A stretch of DNA of 64,000 bases from assembly GCA_963716275.1 (NCBI GenBank), contig CAVQTC010000002.1, positions 96,897 through 160,896 on the forward strand, written 5' to 3'. The translations under genes were made by a program, and so were the position numbers. Under the pieces are notes generated by a model. It worked only from the letters and a program-made list of their open reading frames with translations, was not told where the DNA came from and ran no database searches. Source of the stretch: an uncultured delta proteobacterium (GTDB lineage: Bacteria; Myxococcota_A; UBA9160; UBA6930). Positions 8,542 to 18,259 of the stretch are shown here, in pieces. Position 1 is the first letter of the stretch. Every line of letters begins with the position of its first letter.

Positions 8542-9340
8542 CTCCCGGTGAGGTACCTTGACGTTGACAAAACATAGCCCTAATCTAAAGGCATGCAGCG
8601 CCGACATAAACAACTCACGTTCGACGATTACCGCCTCCACTCGGGGCGAGGCGGGCCGCGGGTCGGCGCAGGCCGCCCGCGCGGTCCACGACCCCGGGTC
8701 CTGCACCGCGAGCGCGAGAAGGTCCCCGCGTCCTGCCCTGTGCATGTGACCCTGCGAGCGCGCCCGGGGCTCCCGTCCCTCCGCAGTGCGCGCGTCGTCA
8801 GCGAGTTCCAGCGCTCCCTCGCCCAAGCGAACGAGCGCGGCCGCTTCCGCGTCGTCCACTACTCGCTCCAGCGCGATCATGCCCACCTGATCGTCGAGGC
8901 AAGCGGCAAGCAAGCCCTGGCGAGCGGCATGAAGAGCATCGGGGCGCGGCTCGCCCGGGCGTTGAATCGCGTCTTCCGGCGGCACGGGTCCGTGCTCGAC
9001 GGGCGCTACCACCACCGGCTGCTGCGCACACCCCGCGAGGTGCGGCGTGCCCTGGCCTACGTTCTCTTGAACGTTCGCAAGCACTGGCGGCAGCGCCATG
9101 GCGAGCCGCCGCCCGTTCGCCTCGATGCCGCGTCCTCGGGCGCCTGGTTCGAGGGCTGGAGGCGGATGCTCCCGAGAGCCCCAGACCCGGGCCCCCGGGC
9201 CGTCGCGACGCCTCGCACCTGGCTCTTGCGGATCGGCTGGCGGCGCCACGGGCTCATCGACCCGGGCGAGCTGCCGGGAAGCCCCACGTGGCGAAGCGGG
9301 GGCCGGCCACACGGCCCCGCGCAGCCTTCCCTCTAAAGCC
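8542..9340 (+). mobile_element. IS200/IS605-family (RAYT-like) element, copy 1; the right boundary is approximate
   Basis: It has a conserved 5' leader (CTCCCGGT...GTACCTTGAC...ACATAGCCCTAATCTAA) shared with copy 2 at 49.1-49.9 kb, followed by the transposase CDS. Confidence 0.55.
8593..9336 (+). CDS. IS200/IS605-family Y1 (HUH) transposase / REP-associated tyrosine transposase-like
   Basis: HUH motif in HYSLQRDHAHLIVEA and a catalytic-Tyr region ALAYVLLNVRKH. A paralog lies at 49149..49863. Confidence 0.8.
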   Translation: MQRRHKQLTFDDYRLHSGRGGPRVGAGRPRGPRPRVLHREREKVPASCPVHVTLRARPGLPSLRSARVVSEFQRSLAQANERGRFRVVHYSLQRDHAHLIVEASGKQALASGMKSIGARLARALNRVFRRHGSVLDGRYHHRLLRTPREVRRALAYVLLNVRKHWRQRHGEPPPVRLDAASSGAWFEGWRRMLPRAPDPGPRAVATPRTWLLRIGWRRHGLIDPGELPGSPTWRSGGRPHGPAQPSL

Positions 9341-9375
9341 CTTCTTCTCTGGGGAGCCCGCTCTGCGAAGCTTCC

Positions 9376-10149
9376 CTACCGCTTCCAGCTCGGATCGCGC
9401 TTCTGGAGGAAGGCGTCGATCCCCTCGACGGCGTCGGGCTCCATCATGTTCGCGGCCATCGTGTCCCCGGCGAAGCGATAGGCCTCCGCCAGCGGCAGCG
9501 CGAGCTGGCGGTAGAACATCTCCTTGCCGATGCGGACGGCGGAGGCGGGCTGCGCGGCCAGGCGCTGCGCGAGCTTCGCGACGGTGGCGTCGAGCTCCGC
9601 GGCCGGCACCACGTGGTTCACGAGGCCGATCCCTTCGGCGGTCTTCGCATCCACGAACTCCCCGGTGAAGAGCAGCTCGAAGGAGCGCTTGCGGCCCAGA
9701 TTGCGGGAGATCGCGACCGAGGGCGTCGAGCAGAACAGGCCCAGGTTGATGCCGCTGGTCGCGAAGCGCGCGTTCTCCGAGGCGACGGCCAGGTCGCAGC
9801 TCGCGACGAGCTGCGCGCCGGCCGCGGTGGCCACGCCGTGCACGCGCGCGATCACCGGCTTGGGCAGCTCGACCACGCTCTGCATCATGCGACCGCAGCG
9901 CGCGAACAGGTCCTCGTAGTAGGCCTGCTTCGGCGTCGCGCGCATCTCCTTCAGGTCGTGGCCGGCGCAGAACGCGCGGCCGGCGCCCGCGAGCACGACG
10001 GCGCGCACCGCGTCGTCGCCCGCGATCTTGTCGAGCGCGTCCTGGAGCGCGGCGATCAGCCCCTCGGAGAGCGAGTTGAACTGATCGGGGCGGTTCAGCG
10101 TGAGCGTCGCGACTCCGTCGCGATCCTCGCGGAGCAGCACGTTCTCCAT
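9376..10149 (-). CDS. enoyl-CoA hydratase/isomerase
   Basis: LTLNRPDQFNSL, AFCAGHDLKEM and KPVIARVHGVATAAGAQLVASCDLAVAS: a complete crotonase fold. Confidence 0.9.
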   Translation of the reverse strand: MENVLLREDRDGVATLTLNRPDQFNSLSEGLIAALQDALDKIAGDDAVRAVVLAGAGRAFCAGHDLKEMRATPKQAYYEDLFARCGRMMQSVVELPKPVIARVHGVATAAGAQLVASCDLAVASENARFATSGINLGLFCSTPSVAISRNLGRKRSFELLFTGEFVDAKTAEGIGLVNHVVPAAELDATVAKLAQRLAAQPASAVRIGKEMFYRQLALPLAEAYRFAGDTMAANMMEPDAVEGIDAFLQKRDPSWKR

Positions 10150-10168
10150 CAGGCCTCCTTCGCGGCGT

Positions 10169-11345
10169 TCACCAGCCGAGCTCGCGCTTCAACCCGGCCT
10201 CGTCGAGCTCGAGCAGGCGGTCCAGGAGCCCGTGGAAGCGCTGGCCGCCGCCCTCGTTGCGCCCGAAGAGGACGTGCGAGCGCGCGCCGCTCTGGAGGGC
10301 GCGCTGCTGGCGCAGGCCGGTCGCGTAGTCCTCTTCGCGCACCACGAAGCCGAGCAGCTCGAACATCTTCTCGGCCGCCGCGCGCTCTTCCTCGTTCGGC
10401 GCCTTCTCCATCAGGTAGTTCTGGATGGTGAAGGACTCGAGCGCACCCTCGCCGGGGAAGAGCTGCGAGATCATCACCGCGCGCCCGCCCGCGTCGAACG
10501 ACGCGATCGAGACGTGCGGGAAGATCGTCCACACACCGCCGACCAGACGCGCCGTCTCCCACTGCTCCTCGGGCAGGCCCTCGAGGCTCGCAAGGGACGG
10601 ATCGGGAGAGCTCACGCGCTGGTGGGGGCCCCACGCGGTGTAGAGCGCCCGGTTCGACATCTGCGGGCCGAAGGTGTTCTTGTGCAGGATGGGCAGGTGG
10701 TAGAGATCGAGGTAGCCGTCGTAGGCGATCTTCCAGTTCGGCCCCTTGACGGTGCGCTTCGCGATCGGCGTCCAGCTCTCGAAGCCGAAGTGGGCGAGCA
10801 GTGCGTCGTATCCGCACAGAAACTTCTCGATCGAGAGGGTCGAGCGCGTGTCGAGCGTCACCCACACGAGCCCCGCGCGCTCGAGCAGCGGGAGCTGCAC
10901 GAGTCCGTGGCACGACTTGTCGATCGCCCCGAAGTCCTTCTCGCTCAGGATGCCGACGAGGGCGCCGGTCTGGTCGTAGGTCCAGGCGTGATAGGGGCAC
11001 ACGAAGCGACGCGCGTTGCCGGTGGGCTCGAGCACGACCTGCGCCCCGCGGTGCGCGCACGAGTTCACGAAGGCGCGCAGCTGCCGGTCGGCGCCGCGCA
11101 CGATGAGCACGGGCACGCCTGCGGCCTCGAGGGTCTTGAAGTCGCCCGGGCTTCGCGAGCTCGGCCGAGAGTGCCAGCATGAGCGGCAGGCGCTTGAAGA
11201 CCCGCTCGCGCTCGAGCTTGGCGCGCTCCTCCGAAAGGTAGTGCGACGCGGGCACGCGCAGCACGTCCGCGGTCTGCTCGATCGTGTCCGCCTTCACGTG
11301 GGCGAGATTCTCGCGGGCCATGCGGATCAGCTCGGCGCGGGACAT
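10169..11345 (-). CDS. Rieske [2Fe-2S] aromatic-ring-hydroxylating oxygenase alpha subunit, with a frameshift near 11150
   Basis: MSRAELIRMARENLAHVKAD... in one frame, then CAHRGAQVV...CPYHAWTYD (the Rieske CxH...CxxH motif) and the catalytic domain in ORF 10169..11116. A GGAGGA Shine-Dalgarno precedes the ATG at 11345. Confidence 0.8.
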
Positions 11346-11392
11346 CGCAGTCCTCCGCTCGCGAAGGTGGCACGTCCGGGCCGGGCCGCCAC

Positions 11393-12889
11393 CTAGTGCG
11401 GGGCGGAGTCCTCCGCCAGGAAGGCCGAGACCATCGGCAAAACGCGCGGATCGCCGCCGGTCGTCTGAAGGTGATCCGCTCCTTCGAGGATCTCCAGGCG
11501 AGAGCCGGGGATTGCGGCGGCCGCCGCTCGCGACGCCTCCACCGGCATCGCGGTGTCCGCGGTTCCGGCCACCACGAGGGTCGGGAGACGCAGACGCCGC
11601 GCGGCCTCGGTCGCATCCTCCGTGGCGTGCGAGAACTGCCAGATCGCCTCTCCGTCGCCGGACGCGTGGAGGAGCTCCATGATCACCCTGCGCTGAACGG
11701 CGCTCGCGTTCGGCGCGAGCCACTCCGCGAAAGCTGCCCGCGCTGCAGGGTTTTCCCAGCTCGTTCGCGCGTACTCGAACATTCGCCGCATCTGTGCGTA
11801 GTTCGCGCGGTACTTCTCGAGCACGTCGGGAGGAGGCAGCCCCACGCTGGTTGCCAGCAGCACCAGGCGCGAAACGCGCTCCGGGTGCCGATCCACGTAG
11901 GCGGCGACGGTTGGACCGCCCGCCGACATCCCGCAGAGCGCGAAGCGCTGGAGGCCGAGCGCATCCACCACGGCCTCGAGGTCGCGCACGCGCGCGTCCA
12001 GTGAGTAGTCCGTCACCGCCCGATCCGAGAGGCCGAAGCCGCGGCCGTCGTAGCGGACGACGAGGTGGTCGCGGGAGTACCAGCGCAGGGCGCCGCTGCT
12101 GTCATAGAGGGGGCTTCCGATGCCCTCCTGCAAGTGGGTGAGCCAGCCCACCGCGAGCACCAAGGGCGGCCCGGCGCCGCTCGTCGCGTAGGCGACTCGG
12201 ACACCATCCGAGGTCGTGGCGAAGCCGATCTGCTGCGCGAGCGGGCGCGAGATGACCCGCGGAACGTTGAGCGCGAGCCAGGCGCCGATCTCCGTCCGGT
12301 TCATCCAGCCGAGCGCCGCCAACGCGAGCAGCGTCCCCAACGCGACGAGCCAGCTTCGACGCGATCGTCCACGTTCCCTCGCGTTGGCTGGCGCGAGCGC
12401 GTACACCCGCACCGGAAGCGACACGTTCCTCAGCGTCTGCGCGCCGAGGGACCTCGCGCGGATGTGAGCGCGGCTGCGCACGAGCTGGTAGACCGGCTCC
12501 GACACGCAGATGCCTCGGGGCTCGGCGAGCGGACGGATGCGCGCCGCAACGTTCACTCCTTCGCCGACCACCTCGCCGCCGCGGCGCACCACGTCGCCCA
12601 CATGGATGCCGGCACGGATTGCAAGCTCGCGGTCGTCGCGGAGCGCGGCTTGGAGGGCGAGCGCGCAGTCCACGGCGAGGACCGCGCTCGAAAAGATCGA
12701 GAGCGACTCGTCGCCGGTCGCGTCTACCAGCTCGCCATCGAATTGCTTCACGAGCGTCTGAACGAGCTCCCGGTGGCGCTCGCGTACGCGCACCGCCGCG
12801 GCCTCGTCCCTCTCGGTCAGCGCGGTGTAGCCGACGACGTCCGTGAACATGATCGCGAGGAGGCGGCGCTCGTCGTGAGCCTCGGCCAT
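11393..12889 (-). CDS. adenylate/guanylate cyclase (class III CHD) - TM - alpha/beta-hydrolase fusion protein
   Basis: N-terminal FTDVVGYTALTE...GIHVGDVVRRGGEVVGEGVNVAARI, a TM helix, then a hydrolase domain ending GMSAGG. Confidence 0.85.
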   Translation of the reverse strand: MAEAHDERRLLAIMFTDVVGYTALTERDEAAAVRVRERHRELVQTLVKQFDGELVDATGDESLSIFSSAVLAVDCALALQAALRDDRELAIRAGIHVGDVVRRGGEVVGEGVNVAARIRPLAEPRGICVSEPVYQLVRSRAHIRARSLGAQTLRNVSLPVRVYALAPANARERGRSRRSWLVALGTLLALAALGWMNRTEIGAWLALNVPRVISRPLAQQIGFATTSDGVRVAYATSGAGPPLVLAVGWLTHLQEGIGSPLYDSSGALRWYSRDHLVVRYDGRGFGLSDRAVTDYSLDARVRDLEAVVDALGLQRFALCGMSAGGPTVAAYVDRHPERVSRLVLLATSVGLPPPDVLEKYRANYAQMRRMFEYARTSWENPAARAAFAEWLAPNASAVQRRVIMELLHASGDGEAIWQFSHATEDATEAARRLRLPTLVVAGTADTAMPVEASRAAAAAIPGSRLEILEGADHLQTTGGDPRVLPMVSAFLAEDSAPH

Positions 12890-12905
12890 GCGTTCGACTC
12901 CGGAC

Positions 12906-14411
12906 CTAAGGGGTCGGTGGTGTGCCTTCGGCCAGGAACATTGCCACGAGCTGCATTGCCCGCGGGTCCAAGGGCGTGGTGGGGTGGTCGGCCCCTTTCA
13001 GGATCTCGAAGCGCGCGCCGGGGATCAAGGACGCGAGCTCGACGCCGTAGGCGAGCGGGACGGTGGCGTCCTGGTCGCCGTGGATGACCAGCGTCGGCGT
13101 CCGAATCGACCGCGCGATGTCGCTCACGTCCTCCCGCAGAGAGAAGAACCCCGCCATCTGGGGACCGTCGCCAGAGACGCGGAGGAACTCGCTCATGATG
13201 CTTCGGACGACCGGATCCACGTCCGGGAAGATCGTCGAGGCGAACATCTCCCGAACGGCAGGCTTGTCCCAGCTCGTTCGCACGAGGTCGAGCATGCGGG
13301 TCCACGTCGAGAGGTCGATGAGCTGTTTCCCCGGAACTGAGTCGGCGCCCGCGTTGGTCGCCACGAGGATCAGGTGACCCAGCCTCTCGGGGTTGCCCGC
13401 TGCGTAGGCGATGGCTGCGGGACCGCCAGCGGAGATCGCGTACAGGTTGAAGTGCTCGAGCTTCAGCGCGTCGGCCACCGCCTCGATGTCCCTCACGCGC
13501 GCGTCGAGCGAGAAGTCCGTGACGTCGCGTTGCGACATGCCAAAGCCGCGGCCGTCGTAGCGGATCAGCAGGTTGTGCTCCGAGGTCTGGGCGATCCAAC
13601 CGAAGCGGTCGTACATCGGGCTGAAAGGGCCTCTCTCGAGATGCGTCGCCCAGCCGAGCACGAAGAGCAGCGGCGGTCCAGCGCCGGTCGTCGCATAAGC
13701 GATCCGCACGCCGTCGCTCGCGGTCGCGAAGCCGATCCGCTGCTCGATGGGGTTGCCGAAATAGCGCGGCGCCAGGAGGGCGACCTTGGTCAGGATGGGG
13801 ACACGGAGCTGCGTCCACGCGAGCCAACCGAGCACGGCGATCGCGGCTGCCCCGAGCGTGGCGGTCAAGAGGCGCGAGCGTGCGCGTCGCTTCGCCGGCG
13901 CTTCCGACGCGCTGGTCAGCGCAAACACGTTGAGCGGAATGCTCACGTTCTTCAGCGCCTGCGCGCCGAGCGACGTCGCGCGAATGTGCGAGCGGCTGCG
14001 CACGAGCTGGTAGACGGGCTCGGAGACACAGATGCCGCCGGGCTCGGCGAGGGGGCGGATGCGCGCCGCCACGTTGACGCCCTCGCCGACTACTTCGCCG
14101 CCTCGCCGCGAGACGTCCCCGAGGTGGATGCCGATGCGGATCGCGAGCTCGCGGTCGTCGCGCAGCGCAGCCTGGAGCGCGAGCGCGCAGTCCACGGCGA
14201 GGAGCGCGCTCGGGAAGGTGGCGAGCGCCTCGTCCCCGGTCGAGTCGATCAGCTCCCCCTCGAACTGGCTTGCGAGCGTGCGCACGAGCGTGCGGTGGCG
14301 CTCCCGCACGCGGATCGCCGCCTGCTCGTCGCGCTCCGTGAGGGCCGTGTAGCCCACCACGTCGGTGAACAGGATCGCGACGATGCGACGTTCGTCCGGA
14401 GCCTGGGACAC
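12906..14411 (-). CDS. adenylate/guanylate cyclase - TM - alpha/beta-hydrolase fusion protein (tandem paralog)
   Basis: Same architecture as 11393..12889 and roughly 60% identical by eye (FTDVVGYTALTERDE..., AISAGG). Confidence 0.85.
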   Translation of the reverse strand: MSQAPDERRIVAILFTDVVGYTALTERDEQAAIRVRERHRTLVRTLASQFEGELIDSTGDEALATFPSALLAVDCALALQAALRDDRELAIRIGIHLGDVSRRGGEVVGEGVNVAARIRPLAEPGGICVSEPVYQLVRSRSHIRATSLGAQALKNVSIPLNVFALTSASEAPAKRRARSRLLTATLGAAAIAVLGWLAWTQLRVPILTKVALLAPRYFGNPIEQRIGFATASDGVRIAYATTGAGPPLLFVLGWATHLERGPFSPMYDRFGWIAQTSEHNLLIRYDGRGFGMSQRDVTDFSLDARVRDIEAVADALKLEHFNLYAISAGGPAAIAYAAGNPERLGHLILVATNAGADSVPGKQLIDLSTWTRMLDLVRTSWDKPAVREMFASTIFPDVDPVVRSIMSEFLRVSGDGPQMAGFFSLREDVSDIARSIRTPTLVIHGDQDATVPLAYGVELASLIPGARFEILKGADHPTTPLDPRAMQLVAMFLAEGTPPTP

Positions 14412-14458
14412 CGCTCACCTCACTCCTCGGCGAAGAACGCGTCGGATTATGGCGCGGT

Positions 14459-16805
14459 CTACTGCACGTAGCCCAGGCTCTTGAGCCGCTCGATCTCCTC
14501 GCTGCTCATCGCGGCCTCGCCGGCGGTGATGCTCGGCAGGCGGAGCTTCGCGGTCTCGGCGCGCCAGGCAGAGAGCTGGGCGCGCAAGCGCTCGACGACG
14601 TCGGGATGCGCGGCGGCGACGTCGTGCGCGTCGAGGCGGTCGGAGCGCGCGTCGTAGAGCTCGACGGCCGGCCGGTCCGCGCCCTGCGAGCTGTTCTCGA
14701 TCAGCTTCCAGCCCTCGGCCTCGATGGCGGTGCTCTCGCGGTCCGTCCAGGGCGGAGCACTCAGGTCCATGCGGTGCTCCGAGATCGCTGCGCGCGCCGG
14801 CCAGAGGCCCGGCGCGTCCTTCGCGAGGAGCGGCGCCAGGCTACGGCCCTGGAGCGGCGCTTGCGGGGCGATGCCCGCGAGCTCGAGCAGCGTCGGCATC
14901 ACGTCGATGCTCTCGACGGTCTGGTCGACGCTGCGGCCGGCGGGGATGCGGCCGGGGCTCCAGAAGAGAAGGGGAACGCGCGTCACCTCGCCGTACACGG
15001 TGCGCCCGTGAAACGACGCGCCGTGCTCCTGGAATTCCTCGCCGTGGTCGCTTGCGAACGCGACGAGGGTTCGCTCCGAGAGTCCCAGCTCCCCGATGCG
15101 CTCGAAGACGCGCGCGATCTCCTCGTCCATCGCGCGGATCGAGCCGTCGTACCACGCGCGGTCCACCGCCAGGTAGCCCTCGCGCGGGATGCCCGAGGCG
15201 GCGAGCTCGCTCGCGAGGGGCATCCCGAACGCGCGCATCAACGGGTGCGCGATGAACTTGCGGATGCGCGCCTGCTCCTCGGTGTGACGCGCACACTCAG
15301 CAGCGCTCGCGAAGCGTGTGTCGTAGGGGGCCAACGGGCGGTAGGGGCTGTGCGGGTCCGTGACGTGGAGGTACACGAAGAACGGCACGTCGCGATGTTC
15401 GTCGAGCCAGGGGAGCAAGCGATCGACCTGGGCGCGCGCCGTCTTTGCCGACTCGGCCTCCGGCAGCGAAGCCGACTCGTGGAACTCCTCGAAGCCCTGC
15501 TCGAGGTGCGTGAGCTTGCCGACGAAGAAGTTCGCACTGAGCGAGAGCGTGGCGAAGCCGCCGTCGCGGAAGGCCTCGGCGAGCGTGTGCGCCTCGTCGG
15601 GCAGTCGGTCGGCGAAGCTGCGGATGCGGTGCGAGCTCGGGTAGAGGGACAGCAGGTTCGAGGTCATCGAGACCTTGGTCCAGCCGGCCTGGGAGACGGC
15701 GTCGCGGAAGAGCGTGCCCTCCTGCGCCATGCGGCGCAGCATGGGTGCGGTCTCGCGCTCGTAGCCGTAGGCGTCGAGGTGATCGCTGCGCAGCGTGTCC
15801 GCGAGGATCACGACCACGCCCTGCAGCCCCGGGCGAGGGAGGGCGCTCCGCACCACGGGGGAGCCCCAGAAGCCGATCGTTCCGGGTTGCTCGGCGGCGA
15901 GGGAGAGCGCGAGCTCGACGGGCTGGCCCGCGAAGCGCGCGAGGTCCACGCGCGCGGGCTCCCAGCGAGCGCTCGTCGTGACGGTGCGCTCGAGCAGCTG
16001 GGTCTCCACGCCGCCCGCTCGCGCGAGCACGCGGAAGCGCACGGGCTCCTCCGCGAGCGTGCCGAGCGCGAGGTCGAGCCACGCGTCCGGTGGCACCGTC
16101 GATCGGGAAGCGCAACGTCTCGGGCGAGCGCGCGACGAGCGTCTCGCGGTAGATGTCGGAGAGGCCGTGCCAGCCGGGACCCGAGGGCACGCTCGCCATG
16201 CGCTCCGTCTCGAACACGATGCGCACGGACTCGATCGCGAAGCTCGCGTTGGCGGCGTCGGTCGGCTCCAGATAGATCTCGCGAATGCCGTCGGCCCCGA
16301 TCGGGAACAGCGGCTCGAGCGTGTAGGTGCGGAATGCGTCGCCGGGCACGATCGGGCCGCCGATCGGCCAGAGCAGCGGAGTCCCCGCGAAGGGATCGTC
16401 GGCTCCCGCGCCGGGGGCGCTCCGCAGCTCGAGGGCGACATTCGCGCCCGCCGAGGCCCGCATGCGCAGCTCGATCGCGTGCACAGCGTCGCCGCGCCCG
16501 GCCTCTCGGGGAAGCGAGAGGCGGAGCTTGGGCTCGCCCGTCGTGGAGCGGCCGGTGAGCTTCCCGTCGACGACCCGGACATCGGCGACGCCCGGGCCTG
16601 CGACGAACGCGGGCGGCGGCGCAGCGTCGAAGCGGACCTCGGTTCGCGGAGGCGTCGGGGGCGTGGGCAGCGCGGTGCTCGACGTGCTCCGGGGCAGAAC
16701 GGTCGACCAGTCGAATGGCGCGGGGCGCTCGGGCTTGCGGCGCCGGGCCGCCGCAGCTGTGAGCGAGAGCGCAAGGAGCGCGAGGAGGACGAGCCGAAGG
16801 GTCAC
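14459..16805 (-). CDS. sulfatase (arylsulfatase-like) with a long N-terminal secreted extension; frameshift near 16100
   Basis: Sulfatase core ILADTLRSDHLDAYGY...FFVYLHVTDPHSPY...FASDHGEEF lies in ORF 14459..16774. The N-terminal signal/TM VTLRLVLLALLALSLTAAAA lies in the frame of ORF 15297..17270. The GTG start overlaps the MDR stop. Confidence 0.8.
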
Positions 16806-17809
16806 GCGGGATCCGCGCTCACGCGGATCATGCGCTTGCCCCGGTTCTCGCCGGCGAGGAGGCCGACGAGGCCGCGCGGTGCGTTCTCGAGGCCGTCGAT
16901 CACGTCCTCCACGACGCGGAGCTCGCCGCTCGTCACCCACGCCGAGAGGTCGCGCTCCGCGTCCGCGTCGCGATCCGCGAAGTCCATCACCAGGAAGCCT
17001 TCCATGCGCAGGCGCTTCACCACGAGGAGCCCGGGTACACCGGCCGGGCTCTTGGGCGCCGCGACGTCGTACTGAGAGACAGCGCCGCAGCACGAGATGC
17101 GGCCGTGGAGCTTCATCGCGAACAGCGCGGCCTGGAGGATCGCGCCGCCGGTGTTGTCGAAGTAGACGTCGATGCCGCCGGGGGCGACCCGCTTCAGCGC
17201 GGCAGCGAGGTCCTCGTTCCTGTGGTCGATGCACGCGTCGAAGCCGAGCGCGTCGACCACCCAGGCGCACTTCTCCTTTCCACCCGCCACGCCGATCACG
17301 CGGGCGCCCTTGATCTTGCCGATCTGCCCGACGAGCGAGCCGACGGCTCCGCCCGCAGCCGAGACGAGCAGCGTCTCGCCGGGCCGGATGCCGGGGACGT
17401 TCAGCAGGCCGTGATAAGCGGTCTTGCCCGTGACGCCGAGGACCGAGAGCTGATGCGTGAGCGGGCGGTGCGGCCCGCAGCGCGCGAGGCCCCGCGCATC
17501 CACGGCGGCGTACTCCTGCCAGCCGAGCTCGCCCATCACGAGGTCGCCCACCGCCACGCGCGGCGAGCGTGTCTCGACCACTCGGCCGATGCCGTAGCCG
17601 GACATCACCTCGCCGGCATTGAGAGCCGCGCGGTACGTCGCGCCCTGCATCCAGGCGCGGTTCGCGGCGTCCTGGGAGAGCAGCAGCGTGCGCAGCAGCG
17701 CCTGCCCCTCGGCGGGCGCCGGCATCGGCGCGCGGCGCTGCCCGAAGTGGGACTCCTGGAGCGGCCCGCGCGGGCGCTCCATCAAGAGAATCTGCAGGTT
17801 GTCGGCCAT
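16802..17809 (-). CDS. MDR-family NADPH:quinone oxidoreductase / zinc-type ADH-like protein
   Basis: ORF 16802..17809 with GETLLVSAAGGAVGSLVGQIGK and a Rossmann GxGxxG. Confidence 0.85.
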   Translation of the reverse strand: MADNLQILLMERPRGPLQESHFGQRRAPMPAPAEGQALLRTLLLSQDAANRAWMQGATYRAALNAGEVMSGYGIGRVVETRSPRVAVGDLVMGELGWQEYAAVDARGLARCGPHRPLTHQLSVLGVTGKTAYHGLLNVPGIRPGETLLVSAAGGAVGSLVGQIGKIKGARVIGVAGGKEKCAWVVDALGFDACIDHRNEDLAAALKRVAPGGIDVYFDNTGGAILQAALFAMKLHGRISCCGAVSQYDVAAPKSPAGVPGLLVVKRLRMEGFLVMDFADRDADAERDLSAWVTSGELRVVEDVIDGLENAPRGLVGLLAGENRGKRMIRVSADPA

Positions 17810-17890
17810 CCCTTGTCCCTCCTTGCGGAGCGCAGCCTACACCGCTGTCACGCCGAGCGGGGAGGCGGCATCCTTCCGTCGGAGGCGAGC

Positions 17891-18259
17891 ATGGGTGAGA
17901 TCCACGGCATCTACGAGGTCGCCATCAAGGTGCGAGACCTCGCGCGTGCGGAGGCCTTCTACCGCGACGTGCTGGGCCTGGAGATCGGGCTGCGCGATCC
18001 CCGCCGGCCGTGGATCTTCCTGCGCGCCGGCGCGGGCATGGCGGTGCTGCAGGAGGATTCCGGCCCGTGGCCCCAGCAGCACTTCGCGTTCACGACCGAC
18101 GAGGCGGGGCTCGCGCGCGCCGCGTCGGCCCTTCGCCAGCGCGGCGTCGCGGTGTCGGGCCCCGTGAGCCTCGATTGGATCCCGGCGAAGTCGATCTACT
18201 TCGCGGATCCAGACGGCCACGATCTGGAGATCTGCGCTCCGCTCAGCCGCGGCTCGTGA
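17891..18259 (+). CDS. VOC/glyoxalase-bleomycin-resistance family protein
   Basis: MGEIHGIYEVAIKVRDLARAEAFYRDVLGLEI...FADPDGHDLEI, with GGAGGCGAGC upstream as RBS. Confidence 0.8.
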   Translation: MGEIHGIYEVAIKVRDLARAEAFYRDVLGLEIGLRDPRRPWIFLRAGAGMAVLQEDSGPWPQQHFAFTTDEAGLARAASALRQRGVAVSGPVSLDWIPAKSIYFADPDGHDLEICAPLSRGS

